Below, piece after piece: positions 1 through 9,134 of a stretch of DNA of 48,879 bases. Under the pieces are notes generated by a model. The model saw nothing but the letters and a program-made list of their open reading frames with translations. It ran no database searches and was not told where the DNA came from. Numbering within the stretch: the stretch's first letter is position 1; each line of letters opens with the position of its first letter. A program made the position numbers and the translations under genes. Source of the DNA: a virus (Duplodnaviria > Caudoviricetes); IMG/VR virus record IMGVR_UViG_3300033416_000009, positions 1-48,879 of that record. The stretch is one strand, 5' to 3'.

Positions 1-2
1 AC

Positions 3-3000
3 ACCTTCACGGCACCTCTTCTGTCTACCTCTTCCACAGCCTCGAACAACCCTGCCGGGGACGAATTCCCTGTCACGTCCTGGGTGCGGTCCATCATGTC
101 CCGGAGCGGGATTCTCTACTACGACTCACCCAACCTGAGCACCATCGGCACCAATCTGGACGAGTTATTCAGCTATACGTTCCTCCCGACCATTCCTGAT
201 TCAGACCGAAAGTCCTATGCTGACCCAACTAACGGGCAGTATGTGGGGACGATGATCGCGACACAGTCGTTCACGACCTTGATCGGTCCAGCGGTGGTCA
301 ATGCCTACTGCAGCCTCTCAAACTCAGCAAATGGAAAGTCTATCTCCCTCCATCCCGAAATCTACTACAGCTTCAACAGGACGAACTGGACCCAACTCGG
401 CTACTGCCAAAGCCAGAACATCACTACGGGGACAAACCTCTACACGTGGGTCGTTCCGTTCGCCACCGTTTCATCCACGACGAACTTGTGGCTGGAACGG
501 AGGTTCAGGGTGGATGTCGCCACCGGCACGGGTCCGATTATCCGTTTCTGCATGGGGACAAACCACCCCAGCCACACCACCTTCGTCGCGCCGAGCACCA
601 TCGCTGGGAACGCTTACCTTGCGAACGACCAAATCTTCACCGGCCAAAACACGTTCACCAATACCCTGCTAGTTTCCCGGGCTGGAGGCACAGCGTATCT
701 TGCGGCCACCACCAACGATATTACCGTTGCCACGAACACTGTCTACGGACAGGCTACGGCGACGAGCACCAACTTTGCGGTAGATTATGCGGCGGCTGTC
801 GCGGACAACTACGTCTCCAGCACCAACGGAACGGCGCATGGGATTCTTGTGGCGACGAATGTCCAGACGGATTATCTGACGGTCCTGTCCAATGCGACGT
901 TCAACACGCTTACTGTTGGAAGTTTAGGATTGTCGAACGTGACTCCTGGGTTGGCTATCTTCGATGCTTCCAGCAATCTCACTATGTTCACTAACGGCTC
1001 CGTTGGTCAGTTCCTGGCGATGACAAGCACGGCAGGAGGAGTTGCTTGGAGCAATGCAGTTGATCTTCGCGCACAACTCGGATCCGCAATCCTGACGAAC
1101 ATATCTGCTACAGGGGCAATCACGAACGCTGGTCCCTTTCAGCCTGGATCCTTAATCTTGAGCAACGCCGCAGTGACTGGAGTGATAACCAATTCAGGAC
1201 CGTTCCAACCCGGATCATTAGTGTTAAGCAACATCGTGACTACTGGAGCTCTGACGAACGCTGGACCGTTTCAGCCAGGATCTTTGGTGCTCTCGAATCT
1301 AGTTGGAACTGGAGCCAGGACGAATGGATTGTATGCCGTGACGGACGTGAACGGAACTAGAATCGGTTCTGGAAACGCGGACCTGACCTTCATCAACGGC
1401 GGAAACATGACCATCGGAGTCACGACGGACGGTGGAACGAACTTCGTGACTCTGACCGCTCCGAATCCTGTCGCCGGCAGCTCTGATCTCCCAAGGCTGT
1501 ACGTCACGAACAAGGTCAGATACGGGGAGACGAACGTGATCGTTTCCACCACTAATCTAGTCCATCTAAACTTGGAGGTGGCGAATGTTTTCAAAGTCCA
1601 TCTGCTTACCAACACCCACATCATCTTCACCAACGCCGAACTTGGGATAGCGAATGCGCTGGTCTATTTCCAGCAGGATACAAACGGAGCGCATACTATA
1701 GAATCCATCAAGGTTGCTGGTGGTTCACTACAAACCAATGCGCTCATCCAGGTAACGGCCACAGCCAACGCGCTCGATCTCCTGGAGGTTAAGAGTGGGT
1801 TCTTTGGGGCCAACCTTATTGCATACTGGCCGCAGGACTTCCAGCCGCGCATCGCCTTTACGAATTCCCTGGCTGGCACGAACCCGATTGCCGGGTTGAT
1901 CCAGATTTCCAACATCACCTACCTGGCCGAGGAGGGAGACGGGACAATCGACATCCAGCTCATGCGGTTGAACGGGAAAGACGGGGAGGCGACTGTCAAC
2001 TTAATGACTGACGCCGATTCCGCTGTCGCCGTTGATGATTACATTGCAACCAACGCCTTGGTTACCTGGGCAGACCAGGAGGATGGCCCAAAGACGGTTC
2101 CAATCCTGCTGGTAAATGATGCCGTCTTTGAAGTCAACGAGGAGTTTGGGGTCTGGATGAGCAACATCACACTGGCAGCCTACGGCACCACGACCAACAA
2201 GACCATTACAATCAACGACACCAACGATTACGCGGGCATCGTCCAGATCAGCAATATCACCTATACGGTCGCCGAGGACGGTGGAACCATCAACATCTAC
2301 GTCCAGAGGCTCAACGGCACGAACGGCGATGTCTTCGTTGAGCTGCAGACGTTGGAAGGCACGGCCACCGACCCGGAGGATTATGCGCCAACCAACCTGC
2401 TACTAACATGGACCGCCAACAGCAACGCGCTCTACGAGGTGCCAATCGTGATCGTGGACGATGCAGACGATGAGGACGACCATTACTTCACCAACCTTCT
2501 CCAGAACCTTACCAATGGCAACTGGGGAAGCCCAACGCAGATGGTAGCAACTATCACTGACAACGATGCCACGGATTATCCCACCACTCAGATAACCAAT
2601 CTGATTGCTTATTACACATTCGACATTGGAGACATGGGCGGAACTGGAGAAACCAATGTGACAGATAAGCAGACCTGGACTAACGCCCTGAATGGATCCA
2701 TCTACACGATTGCTGGAAACACAATTACGACCAGCGTTGTCTATTATGCGACCGGCAAAGCGAATGGCTGCGCCTTTTTCAACGGAACTAGCAATTACGT
2801 GATCAACATCCCCCAAAACCTTGCGACCACGAATTACATGGTGTCGGGATTCACGGTCGCGGCGTGGGTTAACCCGCTTGGTGTTGGGGCGTGGGGATTG
2901 CTCTGTGCTGACGATGTGACGACTGCCACTGGATTCAAACTCGATACTGGCACCTATTCAAACATGTCATTCACAGCATATTACAGGACGAATGCCAACG

Positions 3001-3344
3001 ATCCAAAGCCAACTAATATCACAGTTAGTTCAAGCTATACAGTGCTTCCAAGCAACACATGGACGCATATTGCCTTAACCTTCACTGATCCGAACGCATT
3101 GACAACTGGTCCTCATTACGCGACGAACGTCATGTTTTACACGAACGGAGTTGCCTGCGGGAAAGCTGCCGCTAAAACCGATGGGTTTGGATTGGTTATA
3201 ATCCCTCCCGCATTAACTCCGTGGATCGGACGGGAGCACAATTCATCCTCGACCAAATTCACCGGGTATATGGATGACTTCAGGCTGTATGATGCCGTCC
3301 TGGGGCCGGCGGCAATATTGGAACTATATCAGAGCTATCCATAG
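3..3344 (+). CDS. 5'-truncated large fibre/surface-type protein: Thr/Asn-rich N-region, 22-aa repeats, two Calx-beta domains, C-terminal LamG/ConA-like domain
   Basis: The frame is open from nt 3 (TFTAPLLSTSS...), so the track start at 84 is probably not the true start. Two Calx-beta signatures (e.g. YTVAEDGGTINIYVQRLNG...TATDPEDY...VPIVIVDDADDE, ~1890-2570). LamG motifs FTVAAWVN, WTHIALT, FTGYMDDFRLYD. Confidence 0.75.
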   Translation, partial: TFTAPLLSTSSTASNNPAGDEFPVTSWVRSIMSRSGILYYDSPNLSTIGTNLDELFSYTFLPTIPDSDRKSYADPTNGQYVGTMIATQSFTTLIGPAVVNAYCSLSNSANGKSISLHPEIYYSFNRTNWTQLGYCQSQNITTGTNLYTWVVPFATVSSTTNLWLERRFRVDVATGTGPIIRFCMGTNHPSHTTFVAPSTIAGNAYLANDQIFTGQNTFTNTLLVSRAGGTAYLAATTNDITVATNTVYGQATATSTNFAVDYAAAVADNYVSSTNGTAHGILVATNVQTDYLTVLSNATFNTLTVGSLGLSNVTPGLAIFDASSNLTMFTNGSVGQFLAMTSTAGGVAWSNAVDLRAQLGSAILTNISATGAITNAGPFQPGSLILSNAAVTGVITNSGPFQPGSLVLSNIVTTGALTNAGPFQPGSLVLSNLVGTGARTNGLYAVTDVNGTRIGSGNADLTFINGGNMTIGVTTDGGTNFVTLTAPNPVAGSSDLPRLYVTNKVRYGETNVIVSTTNLVHLNLEVANVFKVHLLTNTHIIFTNAELGIANALVYFQQDTNGAHTIESIKVAGGSLQTNALIQVTATANALDLLEVKSGFFGANLIAYWPQDFQPRIAFTNSLAGTNPIAGLIQISNITYLAEEGDGTIDIQLMRLNGKDGEATVNLMTDADSAVAVDDYIATNALVTWADQEDGPKTVPILLVNDAVFEVNEEFGVWMSNITLAAYGTTTNKTITINDTNDYAGIVQISNITYTVAEDGGTINIYVQRLNGTNGDVFVELQTLEGTATDPEDYAPTNLLLTWTANSNALYEVPIVIVDDADDEDDHYFTNLLQNLTNGNWGSPTQMVATITDNDATDYPTTQITNLIAYYTFDIGDMGGTGETNVTDKQTWTNALNGSIYTIAGNTITTSVVYYATGKANGCAFFNGTSNYVINIPQNLATTNYMVSGFTVAAWVNPLGVGAWGLLCADDVTTATGFKLDTGTYSNMSFTAYYRTNANDPKPTNITVSSSYTVLPSNTWTHIALTFTDPNALTTGPHYATNVMFYTNGVACGKAAAKTDGFGLVIIPPALTPWIGREHNSSSTKFTGYMDDFRLYDAVLGPAAILELYQSYP
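1110..1325 (+). repeat. Three tandem 66-bp (22-aa) repeats, TGxxTNxGPFQPGSLxLSN, plus a partial fourth
   Basis: Units start at 1110, 1176, 1242 and 1308; third codon positions have diverged between units. Confidence 0.9.
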
Positions 3345-3351
3345 CCATTCC

Positions 3352-6300
3352 ATGAACATGCGTTTTGGAATACTGTTTTTGTTCGTAGTCCAGTCGCTAT
3401 TTGCGGCAGGACCAATAGCGCCGGCAAATCTCCATTACCAGGACCGAAACGTCAATTATGACCAAGGTCGAAATATTGTTGCTTGCACCTGGCTTTGGGA
3501 TGACAATTCGTCCGACGAGCTAGGGTTCAAATTCGAAGTTAGCACGAATGGAGGGGTTTCGTTCGTGCACGTTGGGTTAGTGGTTTCAAACATCTGGCCA
3601 ACATTCAGCCAGACGGTCGATCAGCTGTGGTATTATAGGGTGGCAGCATATAACGCAAATGGAACCAACTACAGCACGAATACCTCCTTCGCCTCCGTCG
3701 TCCTGGCCAACGATGCGATAGGACTGTGGGCCATCAGTTCCAACGTGGTCGTCATCGAGTGGGAAAACAGATCGACCACCGTGGACAGCAATGTAATCGA
3801 ACGCGCCACGGACACCAATTGGTCGGACAGCGTTAGATACTACATCGGCGCTGTCAAGGCATCTACGAATTCAGCTGGAAACTTGGTGTGGGGGAATGGG
3901 ATATACACGAACGATTCGGGAATACTTGAAGGGATCACCTATCACTATCGTGTCCGGGCATACAAGATCGGCTTGGGCGAGGGAGCTGGAAACCTGATCC
4001 CATCATCAGTCACCCCATGGGCCGCCCCGCTCGGTCCCTATTCCTTCTCCTGCTTTACGACTGAATCGGCTGGACAGTTGAGGTATCAATGGAGACCGCA
4101 AAGGGGGACGGACCTTGGGTTCCGAGTGGACAAATCGTTCGATGCAGGAGTCTATTGGATAACGAACTACTACGGCATCGCAGCCGATCCAGATGCAAGC
4201 GGATACAACACCACGGACAGCACTGGGCTGGTTGCCGGGTCGAACGTGTGGTATCGGATCTGTTCCAGTAATTCTGTGGGAATGTCTCCGTGGCTGACTC
4301 AGCATGTTCGAATGCCCAATGCCGTCACGGATCCGACCACCAACTGGTACGTTTCACTGGGAGCTACCAACGGGAATAATACCGGAACGAACTGGGCGGA
4401 TGCTTGGACTGGGATAGGATCCATAAACTGGCCAAAGCTGTCCAATGGTCACACGGTATTCATAAGCGGAGGAGGCGGGACAAGCACCTACAACAACATG
4501 CTGTATATTTGGAAGAGCGGAGTTCCAGGTTCCGATCTGGCTTTCAGGGCAGCGACGAACGGTCCTGAGTCGGGTGTTTCCGTTTTTACTCACATAAAAC
4601 TCCCAGAGTACAGGACGAACATCATGATTGACGGATCGCGGTTCAATGATGTGACTTGTTCTCATGGAAAGAATCTTCCAACCACGAATATAGGATTCAG
4701 GGTTGAGCCAAATGACAACGATAATGCCATAACGATTTTCACCAGCACGGGGAACAAGGTTCGATGGACAGAGATATGCAATGCCGGCTATCTGGCATCA
4801 TACTCAGACATCAAGCGTGCGGCCATAAATGGCATTTACTACAACATAACAAAATCCAACAACACCAACCCCACGGACTGCGAAGTTTCCTTCTGCTACA
4901 TTCACGACAATCGTGGCGACGGAATCACTGGCAGCATACCGAATTCCCAGGATGGTTATGGAAGGGTTTCGGTTCACCACAATCTCATTTGCACGAACGG
5001 AGATGACGGGATCGAGTTTGGTGGCAGCGGATTCGACATCTACAATAACGACATCTTCATGTGGCATTCCGGTTGGGGCAGGGGAGATCAAGACTGCGTT
5101 CAGCTTCAGTGCTCTTCCTACATCAGAGTTTACAACAACTACCTACACGACATCATCACCCATGAACTGTATCCGAACATCTGCGGAGAGGTTCTCGGAG
5201 ATGTGACCCCGGAACAGTCGTTCGCTGAAGCCTGGAGAGTTTATAACAACGTGATGTATATAGACATACTCGACAATTCATCGGGATGTTTCCAGCAAAC
5301 AATCTCAGGCGATGCTGCCCCGTCCTACAGATATGATTCGTTCACAGTGAAAGACTATCTGGTGGCCAACAACACTTTTAAGTACATTGGAACGGCATCG
5401 TCCCTCGGCCGCAGGACTGATGTGGTCACAAACTGTTTTCTGACCAATGTGGTCTTCGCCAACAATCTGTTTTGGAATCCTGACAGCACCATGCCTGGCG
5501 GATGCGTCATGAGCGTCAGGGCACCAACCACGAACTGGTTTCCGCCATACGTGATGCTTGATCGAAATGTCTTTCGGGGTCCGAGAACGAATATCGAAGT
5601 ATCGTCCGCGCTGACGCTCTACACTCCCGATGGTTACTTCGTAGCGTCTGGATTGAGCAACCGCATGGCATGGGATGGATTTGCGAGCAGCGTTGGTGAT
5701 CCGTCCCTGTCCAATGTATCTTCGGCATTCTTCATGCCCGTGCGACATGACATTGCCTGCAGGTATTTCGGAACCAACCTATCATCCTGGTCGGACACAT
5801 CTCCTGGGCTCATGTCCGACATCGAAGGCAATCCCAGGCCAGCTGCAGGGAACTGGGATGTTGGAGCCTACCAATCCGGCACTCTGCAGGTTCATTTCAC
5901 CTTCGAGGACTCCTTTGACACGCTCGGATACACCACAAACTACGGATGGCTGTTCACCAATGGAATACGGGGAGGAAAACCGGAAACACCAATATCCAGC
6001 AACTGGCCGGCCAGGGTAGCGTGTAACACAACACCTGGGTCGCACTCGAACGGTTACTGCGCCGAGTTCACTTGGTACAATGGAACAGATTGGAGTGACA
6101 CCGGGAAGGAGGGGGACTATGTGGCGATAACCGAGGCTCACGGATTAACGAACGTCAGCACAATGACATTGACCTGTTGGGCACGATACTATGAGAGCAT
6201 AAACCATGACTACATGTGGGATCAAAACGCGGAACTTATGAGCGCGGGAATGAGTGCCAGTGTTCCCGGTTCCTGGACTTTAGGTAGGGAAACGTCATCC

Positions 6301-6765
6301 AATACGAAGTTCTGCATCAAGACGAATGCGACTACCTGGATAGAGTTGGACTTTCCTGATTATGCCCCGAGGGGAGACACAACCAACTGGCACCACTACG
6401 CGGCAACGTGGTCGAACGGAATTGCTACAATTTACTTTGACGGCAGCCTTATTGAATCGAGAGATGTGTCCTCTGCACTCACAAACTTATCCATTGGAGT
6501 TGGAGGAGATGCCGCCGGTCATCCTTGGATCGGGATAGGTTGCCACACGCATGCTGGCACATATCTAATGGAGAACGAGTCCGGGACCGACTATCCAAAC
6601 CATGCCTGGATGAATGGTGTTATTGACGACGTGATGATTTACACCGAATCTTTGAGTGAATCAGAAATTGCGGAGATTGCGGAAAGTGAGGATGGATCGG
6701 AACCTGCCAACGTGGCTAGAGCAACTTCAGTACGCCTCAACGCCACAACCATCCGGGGGATGTGA
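3352..6765 (+). CDS. Signal-peptide-bearing protein: FN3 domains, right-handed beta-helix (pectate-lyase-like), choice-of-anchor-Q-like motif, LamG
   Basis: Start re-called at ATG 3352 (or 3358), just after the upstream stop. N-terminus MRFGILFLFVVQSLFA|AG looks like a Sec signal. FN3 motifs WDDNSSDELGFKFEVS and YYRVAAYN; beta-helix entry WYVS...TGTNWADAW; DIEGNPRP...WDVGAYQ; LamG motifs WHHYAATW and GVIDDVMIY. Confidence 0.75.
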   Translation: MNMRFGILFLFVVQSLFAAGPIAPANLHYQDRNVNYDQGRNIVACTWLWDDNSSDELGFKFEVSTNGGVSFVHVGLVVSNIWPTFSQTVDQLWYYRVAAYNANGTNYSTNTSFASVVLANDAIGLWAISSNVVVIEWENRSTTVDSNVIERATDTNWSDSVRYYIGAVKASTNSAGNLVWGNGIYTNDSGILEGITYHYRVRAYKIGLGEGAGNLIPSSVTPWAAPLGPYSFSCFTTESAGQLRYQWRPQRGTDLGFRVDKSFDAGVYWITNYYGIAADPDASGYNTTDSTGLVAGSNVWYRICSSNSVGMSPWLTQHVRMPNAVTDPTTNWYVSLGATNGNNTGTNWADAWTGIGSINWPKLSNGHTVFISGGGGTSTYNNMLYIWKSGVPGSDLAFRAATNGPESGVSVFTHIKLPEYRTNIMIDGSRFNDVTCSHGKNLPTTNIGFRVEPNDNDNAITIFTSTGNKVRWTEICNAGYLASYSDIKRAAINGIYYNITKSNNTNPTDCEVSFCYIHDNRGDGITGSIPNSQDGYGRVSVHHNLICTNGDDGIEFGGSGFDIYNNDIFMWHSGWGRGDQDCVQLQCSSYIRVYNNYLHDIITHELYPNICGEVLGDVTPEQSFAEAWRVYNNVMYIDILDNSSGCFQQTISGDAAPSYRYDSFTVKDYLVANNTFKYIGTASSLGRRTDVVTNCFLTNVVFANNLFWNPDSTMPGGCVMSVRAPTTNWFPPYVMLDRNVFRGPRTNIEVSSALTLYTPDGYFVASGLSNRMAWDGFASSVGDPSLSNVSSAFFMPVRHDIACRYFGTNLSSWSDTSPGLMSDIEGNPRPAAGNWDVGAYQSGTLQVHFTFEDSFDTLGYTTNYGWLFTNGIRGGKPETPISSNWPARVACNTTPGSHSNGYCAEFTWYNGTDWSDTGKEGDYVAITEAHGLTNVSTMTLTCWARYYESINHDYMWDQNAELMSAGMSASVPGSWTLGRETSSNTKFCIKTNATTWIELDFPDYAPRGDTTNWHHYAATWSNGIATIYFDGSLIESRDVSSALTNLSIGVGGDAAGHPWIGIGCHTHAGTYLMENESGTDYPNHAWMNGVIDDVMIYTESLSESEIAEIAESEDGSEPANVARATSVRLNATTIRGM

Positions 6766-6767
6766 TT

Positions 6768-7055
6768 ATGCCGCAAGAAGAACAGCTAGTTTTGAGCGGG
6801 GCATGGGTGATGCTCCTGAAGGCAACGCTTGCTCTGGTGGGGCCGTTTCTTCTGCTCTTGATCGGGTGGGGAACGTGGGTCACAGTCACGTTGTTCGCTC
6901 TGAAATCAGGCACGGCCATCATTGAGTCCAGGCAGCCGGCAGCCGTCACCAGGGAAACCTCAGTTGACGCCAAGTTGGACGACATGCACAAGGAATTGAC
7001 TGAGATTCGCCTGCTGCTCACAGGGCATATCGCCAGCGATCCCCAACGGCCATGA
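6768..7055 (+). CDS. Small membrane protein (hydrophobic N-half plus coiled-coil tail), probably part of the lysis cassette
   Basis: Hydrophobic stretch LALVGPFLLLLIGWGTWVTVTLFAL and heptad tail KLDDMHKELTEIRLLL. GGGGGA lies 7 nt before ATG 6768 (alternative start GTG 6762). Adjacent to the holin. Confidence 0.6.
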   Translation: MPQEEQLVLSGAWVMLLKATLALVGPFLLLLIGWGTWVTVTLFALKSGTAIIESRQPAAVTRETSVDAKLDDMHKELTEIRLLLTGHIASDPQRP

Positions 7056-7118
7056 ATCCAGATCAACAGGGCTCGATGCGCAGGAAATTCCCCAGGCCAA
7101 AAAAACTAACAACACAAC

Positions 7119-7436
7119 ATGGAACCCACGCCTGCGATCAATGACATAACCAGTTTGGGCGCTCCAATCCTGCTGGCTTTGGTGTGCAATGTGTTTGCTG
7201 CCGGACTTAAGGCTTCAACTGGAGGAGCGGTTAACCGGTGGCTGCCGGTAATAGTAATGGCGTTCGCTGGCATAGCATATCCGTTGATTGCGTCCGCCTC
7301 GGAACTAAATGTGAATTGCGTCAGTCCGGTAGCTTATAAAGTGCTGGTTGGAATCTGCATTGGCGGCCTGTCGGTCGGGCTGCATCAGATCAAAAAGCAG
7401 TTCTCGAAACCGGATGATTCCAGTCCGCCAGCCTGA
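7119..7436 (+). CDS. Holin (three TM helices; resembles the Phage_holin_5_2/Hol44 family)
   Basis: Three hydrophobic helices; NRWLPVIV and GLSVGLHQIKKQ motifs; charged C-terminus. Confidence 0.7.
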   Translation: MEPTPAINDITSLGAPILLALVCNVFAAGLKASTGGAVNRWLPVIVMAFAGIAYPLIASASELNVNCVSPVAYKVLVGICIGGLSVGLHQIKKQFSKPDDSSPPA

Positions 7437-8051
7437 TCATTTAGGTCGCGGAATGCCGATCAGTGCGGATTTGATCTGGCGCAGTTCAAGCCGAAGCTTT
7501 GCCAGATACTCCCGCCACTCATCAGTTAGCTCCCCATCCGCGGTTCGGTAGCGATGTGACCCCAGTCGTTCCTGGTCGGTGATTTTTTCGATCTCATCCT
7601 CGATCATTTCCATCCTGGTTTGCAGCTCCCAGACGGTCTGTTGAGGCTGAGTTTCCTTGGGTTGCGCCGGGGAACCGGAACTGATGTAGCGGTAGCGGAC
7701 ATGGTTGCGCCAGTTGGTTATCGGCCGGCCGGCACCATCGGACCAGCCGCGCCCTTCGCATTGGTGATAGACTCTCTCCGCGAACCAGGCCGGGACAGCC
7801 TCCATGCTCGCCCATTGAATCGCGTCATCCCGGCTTCGGGGCAGCGCTGTTCCTGGCCGGAGAAACGTCGGGTTGTATTCCACTTCCTCCGGCTCAGAGT
7901 TGATCAGGTTGACCACTTTCCGGAGAACGGAGCGCAGGTCGTCAGTATTGCCTGCGGCTTCGCTAATGCATACCGCTTGCGATCCAATCTTCAGGAAGAG
8001 GCGGGGTCCCGTCGGGGTTTCCTGCTCCATCAGTTCCACTCTCGAATTCAT
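7437..8051 (-). CDS. Replication-organiser/DnaD-like C-terminal-domain protein
   Basis: AERVYHQCEGRGW...PITNWRNHVR resembles the F(Y)DYYxxxGW...IxNWxA motif of phage replication proteins. Start re-called at ATG 8051 (MNSRVEL). Confidence 0.5.
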   Translation of the reverse strand: MNSRVELMEQETPTGPRLFLKIGSQAVCISEAAGNTDDLRSVLRKVVNLINSEPEEVEYNPTFLRPGTALPRSRDDAIQWASMEAVPAWFAERVYHQCEGRGWSDGAGRPITNWRNHVRYRYISSGSPAQPKETQPQQTVWELQTRMEMIEDEIEKITDQERLGSHRYRTADGELTDEWREYLAKLRLELRQIKSALIGIPRPK

Positions 8052-8544
8052 TGGGTTTCTTTTTCCTTTCCATTTCCATTGCGTGTTCCAGCCCCACAAT
8101 GTCGTTCAGGTTCAAGCTGCCCGCCGGCCCATGTCCGGAACCCCATCTCGCCGGCCCAACCCCCAGCCTATCCCTTTCCCTGGCGGCTGTTCCCGGGGGC
8201 ATGTCCCAGATCGAATCCAGAATCTTGTTTGGCAATTCCCAATTCATGCGGTTGAACGATCGGATGCGCAATCCGTGGGCCACGCGCACCCCATTTAATT
8301 TCAATAGGTTGCGCAAGCTTCGGTTTGGGACAGTCTTCAGCACTTTGGCAATTTGGATCACGGTTTTTCCGTTCAGATTCGGCCCCTGCTCCGCAATCAA
8401 CTGCTCAATTGCCAGCACCCTCCGACGCCTGCGATAGGTTTTTGGCTTTTCGGTGCCATGCTTCATACGCAGTTGCCGAATACGCTCCGGTGTAAGACCG
8501 AATTCCGCGGCCAGCTGGATGTTCTGTTTTGTCCAATCGACCAT
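7963..8544 (-). CDS. Tandem helix-turn-helix DNA-binding protein
   Basis: VDWTKQNIQLAAEFGLTPERIRQLR and a related second copy MNWELPNKILDSIWDMPPGTAARER. Start is ATG 8544 or TTG 8592. Confidence 0.6.
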   Translation of the reverse strand: MVDWTKQNIQLAAEFGLTPERIRQLRMKHGTEKPKTYRRRRRVLAIEQLIAEQGPNLNGKTVIQIAKVLKTVPNRSLRNLLKLNGVRVAHGLRIRSFNRMNWELPNKILDSIWDMPPGTAARERDRLGVGPARWGSGHGPAGSLNLNDIVGLEHAMEMERKKKPNEFESGTDGAGNPDGTPPLPEDWIASGMH

Positions 8545-8725
8545 GCTCCAATCGGGATTTCTCGTGGATGCAATTCTTGCAGTCGGGTTCAAGAAACGTC
8601 ACCTGCAGCCTTCGTGAATTTTTCAGCGGCACACCGCACAGAGTAGCCTCAGGAATGTTCCTTCCCAAAGGCATGCCGATGTGGACCTTACCCAGGTTTT
8701 GCTTGCGGTGCACGAACACGTTCAT
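8405..8725 (-). CDS. Small His/Cys zinc-binding hypothetical protein
   Basis: H...LCG...CKNC pattern; directly preceded by a leaderless-type promoter. Confidence 0.55.
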   Translation of the reverse strand: MNVFVHRKQNLGKVHIGMPLGRNIPEATLCGVPLKNSRRLQVTFLEPDCKNCIHEKSRLEHGRLDKTEHPAGRGIRSYTGAYSATAYEAWHRKAKNLSQASEGAGN

Positions 8726-8759
8726 GCCGCAACTATCGCATAACCGCTAATTAAGTCAA
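8726..8759 (-). promoter_or_regulatory. Sigma70-like leaderless promoter
   Basis: On the minus strand: TTGACT(8759-8754)-N16-GATAGT(8737-8732, preceded by an extended TG)-N6-ATG(8725). Confidence 0.6.
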
Positions 8760-9107
8760 GCCCTTTTGGTCGAGTTGATTCATGAAGCTCACCGGGATGC
8801 GGACTATCTTGCCCAAGTACTTCTCCATTCGCGACTTGGCTTCGTCTGTTTTCGGCCTGACAACGGCCATCCTGGAGTCGTCCGTAACGAAAATTACTGC
8901 GCCAGATTCAAGCTCCTTCTTGCATGATGCGCAGACTTGGCGGTTCATGGGCTGGTCCTTGCGGAGCGGTTTGCCGAATGTCTTCAGGCAGGCGATGCAA
9001 ACGTTTGACGGGGGTCGTTTTGGCGGCCGGTAAGTGTCGTTCGACATCGCATTGACTATTGACACCATTGCAGCCAACGTCTCATTTGATGGTCCGCGCG
9101 ATTCCAT
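8751..9107 (-). CDS. Zinc-finger (2x CxxC) hypothetical protein
   Basis: CIAC...CASC; start is ATG 9107 or TTG 9125. Confidence 0.6.
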   Translation of the reverse strand: MESRGPSNETLAAMVSIVNAMSNDTYRPPKRPPSNVCIACLKTFGKPLRKDQPMNRQVCASCKKELESGAVIFVTDDSRMAVVRPKTDEAKSRMEKYLGKIVRIPVSFMNQLDQKGLT

Positions 9108-9134
9108 GTTCGTCGAGCTAAGCAAGAATCCCAG

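Noticed and set aside
9102-9134. Divergent leaderless promoters between 9107(-) and 9135(+)
   Set aside because: Only weak matches (TTCCAT-N16-AAGAAT-N5-ATG on the plus strand, nothing convincing on the minus strand).
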